NCBI GenBank assembly: GCA_002269645.1
Contig: NIVC01004154.1
Coordinates: 1-57,656, forward strand
DNA length: 57,656 nucleotides
DNA from: Macrostomum lignano
Lineage: Eukaryota
Direction of reading: 5' to 3'
The notes below the pieces were generated by a model, which was not told where the DNA came from, did not search any database, and saw only the letters and a list, made by a program, of their open reading frames with translations. Shown here one piece after another: positions 47,931-57,656 of this stretch (position 1 is the stretch's first letter; each line of letters begins with the position of its first letter). A program made the translations under genes and the position numbers.

Positions 47931-48052
47931 AGAAGTGTTACTGAGTGCACGTGACTAGATTTTAGCAAAAACATTATTTACAAAATTTTGCCATATTCAG
48001 CAATAAAATTGATTGTGCACTTCATTTTATAGTACTCGTAGGCTGACAGCTG

Positions 48053-48078
48053 ATTGGGCGTGTGGTTTCCATAGTAAC
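48053..48078. promoter_or_regulatory. RFX X-box plus inverted CCAAT box
   Basis: GTTTCCATAGTAAC (48065-78) fits the X-box consensus GTHNYYATRRNAAC at every position; ATTGG at 48053-57. Confidence 0.5.
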
Positions 48079-48248
48079 CGGTCGAAAATGGCTACTTTGT
48101 TGGCCATGAATATTTGTCTAGTTTTCGTTGATTGTTCGTCACAACTTTAATTGATTTGTTTTTGTCTTTTTAAAAAAGTTTTTTTGCTCACCGTGAGACC
48201 CCTCCCAACTACTCTGTTGCTCAAAACTGCGTCACCCATTTTTCACAG

Positions 48249-50198
48249 CCGGCAAACTCATTCGCCGAGCTCGAAGCTGAGTTAAACAGCTTCGATGATG
48301 GACAGCTGGCGGCTGACGAACTCAGCAGGTGAGTACGGGTGTGTGCAGTTATTTAGCTGTCAAGTGTGCCTTAGTATAGTCTACTGTCTGTCTCCTATCT
48401 CGCTGTGAAATCTGAGAGCGTCTTGACTCTTTCCAAGCAAACCCTGTCTGACTATGGGTATTGCATTTTCTATGCAAACAGTGCCGCAAATCTGTGATCT
48501 GTGAGGTTTTTAAACTGGCGTGTATGTGTGCGCATCTGCATTACTTATAGTAGTTTAAACTCGTATAGTAGCAAGGCTTCAGTATCAAGTTTCGAGGTTT
48601 CTTGTCAATCTTATCAATCATCCATCTTTTTTATTGTTCTATTATTGATTTCGTCTCTCCATCAACTCAGCTTCATCTCTCGCTCATCTCACTCTCGTCT
48701 TTCGCTTATCTCATCCTTGTCTCGCTTATCTCACCCTCTTCTCTCCCTCATCTCATCCTCGTCTACCCTCATCTTTCGCTCATCTCACCTTCGTATTTCG
48801 TTTATCTCATCCTTGTCTCGCTCATCTCACCCTCATCTCACCCTCGTTTCTCCCTCATCTCATTCTCATATCACCCTCGTTTCTCCCTCATCTCATTCTC
48901 ATATCACCCTCGTTTCTCCCTCATCTCATTCTCATATCACCCTCGTTTCTCCCTCATCTCATCCTCGTCTCTCCCTCATCTCATCCTCATCTCACCCTCG
49001 TTTCTCCCTCATCTCACCATCGTTTCTCCCTCATCTCATCCTCATCTCACCCTCGTTTCTCCCTCATCTCCTCATCTCACCCTCGTTTCTCCCTCATCTC
49101 ATTCTCGTCTCTCCCTCATCTCATCCTCATCTCACCCTCGTTTCTCCCTCATCTCATCCTCGTCTCTCCTTCATATCACCCTCGTTTCTCCCTCATCTCA
49201 TCCTCGTCTCTCCCTCATCTCATCCTCGTCTCTCCCTCATCTCATCCTCGTCTCTCCCTCATCTCATCCTCGTCTCTCCCTCATCTCACCCTCGTTTCTC
49301 CCTCATCTCATCCTCGTCTCTCCCTCATCTCATCCTCGTCTCTCCCTCATCTCACCCTCGTTTCTCCCTCATCTCACCCTCGTTTCTCCCTCATCTCGTC
49401 CTCGTCTCTCCCTCGTCTCCCTCATCTCATCATCGTCTCTCCCTCATCTCACGCTCTTCTCTCCCTCATCTTACGCTGTTCTTTCCCTCGTCAGTCGTCT
49501 CCATCATCTCATCCTCGTCTCTCCCTCATATCACTCTCGTCTCTTCTTTATAATCTCTCCCTCTTCACCCTCCTGTCTCACCTACGTATCACCTCGACCT
49601 TTCTTTTTGCCTTTTATCTCTCCTTCTTCTCTCCCCCATCTCGTCCCCTTTTCTCTCCCTCTTCCTCTACTCACCTGTCCAGCTCCACAAGCAGCAAGAA
49701 CAATCAGTCAAAACCCACCCACACCACCCCCCATTGCAGCCTCCTACTAATGGAAGAGCCCATTGAACAGCAGCAGCAGTCTCGCAAATGCAGCACAAAA
49801 TCAGCTGAAATGTCAGCAGCTGATTCAGTTGAAACAGAGGAAACCATTGAATTGGTAATTCAATTCAATTGTCACAAGTTTTAAATGAGATTGCTAAGAG
49901 AATAATAACCAAATAAACTTCAGCTAACAATTAGAACTAACAGTGAATCATAAATCTGCTTTGCTGTATGCGCAAATTAAAGATTGTCGGCAACACTGGA
50001 GGCATCGCCCTTGCGGTTGAGTCGCCGCCTCTGAACTCAACTGGATTGAGCAGTTTAATTCAACTGCTAATGCTGATCACCTGCATAGTGCTCACTGTGC
50101 TATTCAGCATTGAGGTCTTGCCAGCCAGTAAGATTGCTGAGCTCTCGGCTTCCCCTGAACTTTTATTCCATTGTTTCCTAGTCGGATTTTTCTGGTAG
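48249..50198 (+). CDS. Exon chain of unknown protein: either a KANK C-terminal extension or a separate gene
   Basis: join(48249..48328,49683..49854,49983..50198?) gives PANSFAELEAELNSFDDGQLAADELS|SSTSSKNNQSKP...EEPIEQQQQSRK...ETEETIEL|IVGNTGG...LSSLIQLLMLITCIVLTVLFSIEVL...FFW*. First exon has ttttcacag| and CAG|GTGAGT and only one open frame. The third acceptor is weak. Confidence 0.5.
48640..49560. repeat. Pyrimidine-rich ~22-bp minisatellite (ctcatctcaccctcgtttctcc)
   Basis: Fills the intron 48329-49682. Confidence 0.9.
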
Positions 50199-50454
50199 CT
50201 GCTTTGTTCCCAACTGTGTTCGTCCACCGATATGGATCTGCGAGTATTTAGGCTGTGTGTTGTGCTTTCTTACTTTTCTTATAACAGCTAATTATGGATT
50301 GAGCACCCGTTTATACTTTTTTATTTATTATTTTTTGGTTGTTGGCAATCTTATCTATCACCTGTGTCCGTCTTGCTTATTATTTACCTTCTTTCTTAAA
50401 CATATCTTGTTGTGTATTTGGTTATTTATACTTTATGACCACATATAAGCTTTA

Positions 50455-51193
<739 letters not shown>

Positions 51194-53157
51194 GTGTGTC
51201 TTAGTGTCTGTCTGTCTTTTTGTCTGTTTTTATATTCTATAAAATGCAGACCTGTTGTGTGCGCATTTATGTTTAACATTTTAGTAAACTTTTACCTACC
51301 TATAAATGTCGTGTGTGCTTATTGGTATCGCATATATGCTGCTTGCTAGAAACAGATGTTTTAGTTTGCATTCGGCTGCTATAAGTAGTATTTTGACTCT
51401 CGCATTTGCATTTTCCAAGGTTATTCGCTCCTCAGTTTAGACTGATTGACGAACCGTAGGTAAAACTTGCGATGTTGATTTGAGAGTTTTCTATTTTGGT
51501 AAATGAGATGCATGATTGAAACTCGGCTCGAATTAAAATCCGACTTTAAAAGCCAGAGTAAAAAATAGTAGAAGTACATTTTGATAAAAATCTCTACAAA
51601 GAATATCAGTTATTTAGTTGACTTATGATCGGTTAAGTTTTGTTTTAATTCCTTCCGGATTTATTGCTTACGTTTTCAAATTGTTTTTTTTTTATTTAAA
51701 TATTTCATTTTTCATAATTATTTCAGAAATACTTAAACTGATTGGAAATGCATTGCTTTTCAGGTCCGGTTCCACTCTGATGTTGTATCACAGTAACTGA
51801 GGTATGGGACGAGTGCGGCGTGTATCACTCTAAGTAGTAGTAGTATTTATATCAGGCAGATTACAGCTGATAGCGGCATAGTGTATACCTGTATTCAATT
51901 TCATAATTCGTGATTTCTGTCATTCCTTAATTTCGTTTGGCTCTACTTTAAAGCTTAATTATTTGGCTTACTGCCAAATTTGCTAATAATAAATGTGAAG
52001 ATTGTTCTTTTGTGTGACCTTGACGAAAAAGTACTTTATCATTACCTCTTAAATGTACTTTTTACGAGTAATCTAGTAGAAATGAACAGCTATTGAGAAA
52101 ATTATTAAGTTTCTTTTCCGTTTGGTGACCTCATTTTTTATTTGTCAGCTCAAATTGTTTTTTCTTTGTTGTTTTTAGACACTTTTTTCTTTTTTTATTG
52201 CGAAAATGTGATACATAGTACTAATTATCAAATGCAGAACATAAGTAGTGTGTTTAGCAAACTACAATCATTTCTGTACCTGCTAGGCAAAACTTAATTT
52301 TTTCTTATAAATTTGTCTACTGTGAGTAAAGCGAATTGCTTTTTTTGTTTTTTTTGTTTTGAAGAAGTCGTCTAAAAGCGTATTATGACTGCAGCTGGAG
52401 CCGAGGTACCGCTTCAATAGTCCTTGTCCGCCTGAGAGTGCGTATTTATTAGTTTTTTAAATAAGTTATTAATTTTCAGCTGGCACTGCGTGCCCATTCC
52501 ATTAATTTGCATTATTTTCTATTCAAAGTATGTTGCTGTCATGCATCTTAATTTAGACCCACGTTTTTCTGCTTCGTGTACACTCAACATTTTTTTTCTC
52601 CAGGTTCCAAGTTCTTGAAAGTGATGTATAGACAAGGCTTGTTTTAATTTGAAATTTGCCATGGATGTATTACTCATTAATATTAATTATCATTGCTTTC
52701 CGTCAGCCATCTGATCAGCTTCTGAGTTGCCTCATCAAATGTATTTTTGTCTATATTTATGTGAACACAAAAATTTATTATTATATTTAGTTCAATATAC
52801 ATGCAGTTAAGCAAAGCTCCTGATAAATGATTTCGTCTCTGAAGCATACCCAGCATTTTCCGCTATCGGTTGAAACTCTTACTTTGTTTTATTTGTGTGC
52901 TCGAGACTCGTAATAACAAAATCAGATGCACCAATTCAAATTTTATTTTAGGTGTATATGCGGACCTGCTAATCTTAGACTCTACGCTTTTCATTTGCCA
53001 CGCTGCGTATGCTATGTAATAAATCTAAATACATCAGACCCGCTTACTGAAGGATTCCTAACTTCTGTATTTTCATTTTTTTAACGCAATAGATTTTATT
53101 ATTAATTTGACTGAAATTTTATTCAACAAGTTGCTCGTTAATTTGGAATACAGCATG

Positions 53158-53286
53158 CTATTCTGGCTCATGAAACTTGCAGCCACGGGTCTTATAGCTA
53201 AGAGAGCACAGCAGCCTGGCAACCAGAGAGCATCCGGAATTGTCTCTTGTTGACGCATTGCTAACTTCCATTCCCTCAGGCAAATG
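53158..53286 (-). CDS. Candidate alternative terminal exon of the 54879-56116 gene
   Basis: Acceptor gctgccgcag| directly after a pyrimidine satellite; phase 0 reads HLPEGMEVSNASTRDNSGCSLVARLLCSLSYKTRGCKFHEPE*. Confidence 0.35.
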   Translation of the reverse strand, partial: HLPEGMEVSNASTRDNSGCSLVARLLCSLSYKTRGCKFHEPE

Positions 53287-53309
53287 CTGCGGCAGCCAGC
53301 CACAAAGGG

Positions 53310-53770
53310 GAGATGAAGGGGGTGAAGGGAGTGGATGAAGGTGTGAATAGAGAGGATGTAGGGGAGATAGAGAAGATGAAAGGAGAGGATGAAGGGGGTG
53401 AGGGAGAGGATGAAGGGGGTGAGGGAGAGGATGAAGGGGGTGAGGGAGAGGATGAAGGGGGTGAGGGAGAGGATGAAGGGGGTGAGAGAGGATGAAAGGG
53501 GTGAGGGAGAGGATGAAGGGGGTGAGGGAGAGGATGTAGGGAAGATAGAGAAGATGAAAGGAGAGGATGAAGAGGGTGGAGGGAGAGGATGTGGGGGAGA
53601 TAGAGAAGATGAAAGGAGAGGATGTAGGGGGGATAGAGAAGATGAAAGGAGAGGATGTAGGGGGTAAAAGGAGAGCATGAAGGGGGTGAAAGGAGAGGAT
53701 GAAGGGGATGAAGGGAGAGAATGAAGAGTAGATAGAGAAGATGAAGGAAGAGGATGAAGGGAGAGGACGA
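53310..53770. repeat. 21-bp purine minisatellite (gaagggggtgagggagaggat)
   Basis: Direct reading. Confidence 0.9.
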
Positions 53771-54878
53771 AGGCATGTATATGTACTTTGTAATTATTAA
53801 TGCACCAAAAATGAGTCAGTTAATTACATTGCAGACTACATTCATTATTGTTGACTCAAGTAAGCAAAAATTTATATTGGCAATTCCAGGTAAAACATGT
53901 TGAGCTGAGAGAGATTCTAAATTCACAGTTAGCACTCGGAAATGAATCAATTGAGCATTTAAAATTATCGAGACATGTCAAGTGAATTGTGAAAGTCATT
54001 TAGCTACATTAAAAGGGCAAAAATCATTCAAATGTTGCCGGTGCAAACAGGACTAAAGCAGGCCTTTCTTTTTTTAGAGTTTGGATACACCAGCAAACAG
54101 GAAAAAATCAATCAACTTTGAAGTTTATTGACACTGAATTAACCTCTTGACAAACACACTGTGACTTGATTCTGTGAGTTGAAGTTCAGGAGTTCACAGG
54201 TGAGATCAATGATTGACATACATGTAGTTACAGTGATTAATTACTCTTAGGGCAGTTATTCCTCATCTCTGGACGTACATGTATTTCTCCAAGCTTTTCT
54301 TTAACCATCAGAGCGCAAAATTTTGGCCCACAATAGTAAAGATTTGCTCCTGCACATTCCTTTCCTTCTACTCATCAGTAGCTACACAAGTAGGGCGTCG
54401 CCACCGCGGGGTGACAGGGCCGGGGGACATGTCCCCTCCCCCCCCCAGTAAAAGCTATGCGGCTACTGGGGAGTGGGGAACATGCCAATGCTTTGTCCCC
54501 CACCCCACCTTGTCACCCGTTGTAAAAATCAATTGTTTCTTCAGGGCGCCAAAATGAGTGTCTGTGGTGCTAAATAAGGGCATGCGGCGCTAAAATGAGC
54601 GCTGACAACACTGGTTCTCAAAATAATGGACATTTAGGAATTTATCGGCATGTACATGTACATGTTAATTCTTTTGGCTTTGTCCCCCCCCGTAAAAATC
54701 CACCCGGTACACGTGTCTGATTTTCACACAGCTCTGTCCGCATCACTACGAATGAACAAATGTATAGTGTCCATTGGGAGAGGGGGCGTTATTGAGTAGC
54801 CGTCATTTCATTCGTTTACAAGTTTTACTGTACACATGTATTTTCCCTGTCTTCTTCGCCGGGAGTACATCTATACAT

Positions 54879-55836
54879 TCAACAGTTTGCAAAAGAAGAC
54901 GCGTCGCAATCTGGTCGCAGCGTCGAGGGCTGAGGCAGATGGCCGAAAATATCATCGGACAATTCGAACACAGCGCCCGCTTGTTGGTTGGAGTCGCCGT
55001 TGTTGTTCTCCGTATGCTGCAGTTAATGAATTGTAGAATATAGAGATTTTTAGTATAGGCCGAGCGGAACTCCTCCGTTGGAGGAGAAAGAGGATAGGCG
55101 AGAAATACTAGCCGACTTTGGCCCTCTTGGGTACGAGTATTCTATGCCGGGAGCTGTTAATATATACTTAGGAGCAGCAGAAGCTAATTATAGTCTATGG
55201 TCTTAACCCCGGGGTTTTCATGCTGAAGTGGCCCAGGAACTCTAAATCTAGTTGCTAGATTTAGAGTTCCTTGAATTGGCCCATTTTAGCAGTTGCCATA
55301 GATAGGTTTTACCATAGTCAACAGCGATTGAGAAAAATCAAATTTCTCCAACAGAGCATACGATAAATGCGCTAAGCGATACGATAGATATGGGTTCATT
55401 AATTAACGGTCTCCAAGTGATTTCTTTGAAAATCCTTCTAAGTTCAGTTGACCATCGCTAAGTCGAGTTAAAGTCAAGTTGTGCATATTTCTAGCCTCCA
55501 ATGTTTCAAACTCAGTCTTTCTACTTATACTTGCACATTATTGCACAGTAAACTTTTGCTCATTAAGAAAGAATCATTTAATTACCGATTGCGTCTTGGA
55601 GAAGCAACAGCATTGACAGTATTTGCACAGCAGGATTGCCAGTATGAGTATCGTGATGAGCAGTATTAGAATGAAAGCTAACAGCCCAGTTAGCACAGCC
55701 AGTTGTACAGTGGGGTCTGCGGTGTGTGAGATGTAATTAAGTTTAAGTAAGTGTGTAAGTAAGTCAGTCAGTCCGTCAGTCAGTGAGTAAGTAAATAGGT
55801 AATTACGTAATTAAGTAAGTGAGTAAGTAAGTAAAC

Positions 55837-55894
<58 letters not shown>

Positions 55895-56116
55895 TAAATC
55901 TGCAATGTTCCGTTGCTGACCTGCACAGAAAATCGCTGGTGCACACGCAGTCGCGTTCCCAACGTATCTGTCATCATCTGCGTAGGCGCTCATAACTCCG
56001 CTCACAATGGCACCTTGTTGCCAATGCTGCGCATGATTGGCCGGATTCGAACCAAAGCTGTCTTTGTAGGCGCCGACGCCGTTACGAGAGTTCTGATTTA
56101 TTGGTTTTAGATTCAT
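54879..56116 (-). CDS. Unrecognised spliced single-pass membrane protein; 5' end uncertain
   Basis: complement(join(54879..55016,55586..55716,55921..56116)) gives ...YADDDRYVGNATACAPAIFCA|DPTVQLAVLTGLLAFILILLITILILAILLCKYCQCCCFSKTQS|HTENNNGDSNQQAGAVFELSDDIFGHLPQPSTLRPDCDASSFANC*. Donors GCAG|GTCAGC and TCG|GTAATT, acceptors ccgcag| and ctgcag|, phases 1 and 0 fit. Confidence 0.68.
55740..55895. repeat. (AAGT)n microsatellite in an intron of the minus-strand membrane-protein gene
   Basis: Direct reading. Confidence 0.9.
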
Positions 56117-56176
56117 GCAAAGGAATGAATTAACTAGCTGCAGACATTTGCAATTCTTTCAAATCTAAATTTCATT

Positions 56177-56335
56177 TAAGAGGAGGCGCCATTTCATTTG
56201 AGAGGTGGCGCCACTTCATTTGGGATGAGGCGCCATTTCATTTGAGAGGCGGCGCCATTTCATTTGAGAGGAGGCGCCATTTCATTTGAGAGGAGGCGCC
56301 ATTTCATTTGAGAGGAGGCGCCATTTCATTTGAGG
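56177..56335. repeat. 22-bp tandem repeat (gagaggaggcgccatttcattt), about 7 copies
   Basis: Direct reading. Confidence 0.9.
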
Positions 56336-57656
56336 GGACACCATATACTGGTGTCCCCTAACTGATTGGGCCCCCAATTGCTCCCATGCTACACCGCTAC
56401 AACTTTTCCATTTCAAGAACGAAATTTTTTATATAGATTTCTCATCATCTCGTCATATTGATTTCAAATCAAAAGTCGATAAACCTCGCATTGACTATCT
56501 AGATAGCATCTGGATACCGGAGTTAGGCGATCTAATCATATATATAGATATACTTATTAGGGCCAAATATCAAAGCACAGATATAGTCAGACACCTGCTT
56601 ACGTAGATCCTTATAAAGCAGACGTTTATCCCCGGCTGTTGAGCAGTTGACTCAGCGCATGCAGCCAACTCTCAGAAGGAATTCGAGTTTCCAACAATAG
56701 AACAATATTTTGCTCAATAATATTTCGGTTAAAAAGCTTTCCTCTTTAATCTTCTGCTTAATAAGATACTTCTTTTTGTGCTTGCGGTATGAATACAGGT
56801 AGCTACGCGGGGGGGGGTGCGCGTTTTGCCCGCCGCACATTGGTGTCCGTGCGGCTGTGTGCCCTGGGGTAGCTCTGTGATACTAGCACACACATTCTCT
56901 TTCAAGTTCTCTCACTCTCTCACCCCCCCCCCCGAGTCTAAAATACTCTATCCAACGCAGTAAAGGTGTGTTTTGCAAGTGCAACTCTGCTGGTTCTGTA
57001 ATGCGGCCGACTCTGCAACATAGCTGCTGTCCAAAAATAAATCCAATTTCTTTACTGCCGAGAGAGAGGAGAGGAGAGGAGGAGAGGAGAGGTGCGCAAA
57101 AAAGGCACAGAGATTCTGTCTAAACAGCCAATTCGAGTGTTCGGCCCTGGCGTGAGTCACTGCTCTGTGTTTATTTTGCTAATCGCATAGCATGGCAATA
57201 TAATGCATGCGATACTGCAATTGGCTAAACCGCCTTAGACAAGAATTTACACGCACACCAAGCTGTCCAGCTGCTTAGCTATATATTTTGTAACAAGTAT
57301 CCTGCGCACATGTATACGTACCTGTTTCTGTGGACCACCGATACTAGAATAACTATACGCTCGTAGATGGGCCACTCAGCGCATTTGCGTGTAAGCTACT
57401 TTCAGTTCAGTAGTAAGTTGAACTGAAGCATTTTAATGTATTTTTAAAGACTAAGGCTTTTTATTGGCTCTGAACCCCTCCAAGCTTAGCTCGTAAACCC
57501 TCAAAACTCAACACGGAACCTCAACCCTGCACCGCCACCCAGTTTTTATTGCCTTCCTCGGCTGTTCCAGCTAAATCTGCCATGTACATTTCAGTGGCCA
57601 ATGTACATTATTGCTGAACCAATTAGAAGCTATTTACGTCTGCAAGCTTGGCTTCT

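Noticed and set aside
54380-54720. hAT-like GC-rich fragments
   Set aside because: Could not pair TIRs or find a TSD; probably decayed composite MITEs.
56948-57160. Upstream exon of the minus-strand membrane-protein gene
   Set aside because: It has an acceptor-like site, but its possible donor phase does not match the acceptor near 56093, so it was left unassigned.

Overview
Eukaryotic (metazoan) genomic DNA. GC-rich exons with poly-Gly/Gln/Pro runs sit among AT-rich spacers, and most long introns hold their own minisatellite. This style suggests a flatworm such as Macrostomum, but that is inference only. Four conserved genes can be reconstructed exon by exon with phase-consistent splice sites: RAD51C (minus, 421-3799, two homopolymer frameshifts, probable GC-AG intron), PUM3/Puf6 (minus, 10292-13729), a DDHD2/SEC23IP-family phospholipase (minus, 15743-22983) and KANK (plus, 35821-47310). 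Two unrecognised spliced single-pass membrane-protein genes (plus 6091-~7762; minus 54879-56116) and an exon chain at 48249-50198 are mostly invisible in the ORF track. The 23-35.8 kb divergent spacer is a nest of transposons: a LINE remnant, MITEs with clear TIR/TSD, a CACTA-like element, a SINE and a MULE transposase remnant. The strongest observation is a 711-bp foldback element with a 9-bp TSD that splits what was one continuous in-frame DDHD exon, making it a candidate transposon-born intron. Several intronic arrays also consist of repeated splice-site mimics. Most long ORFs in the track are artefacts of tandem repeats. All of this was read by eye; no database searches were run.
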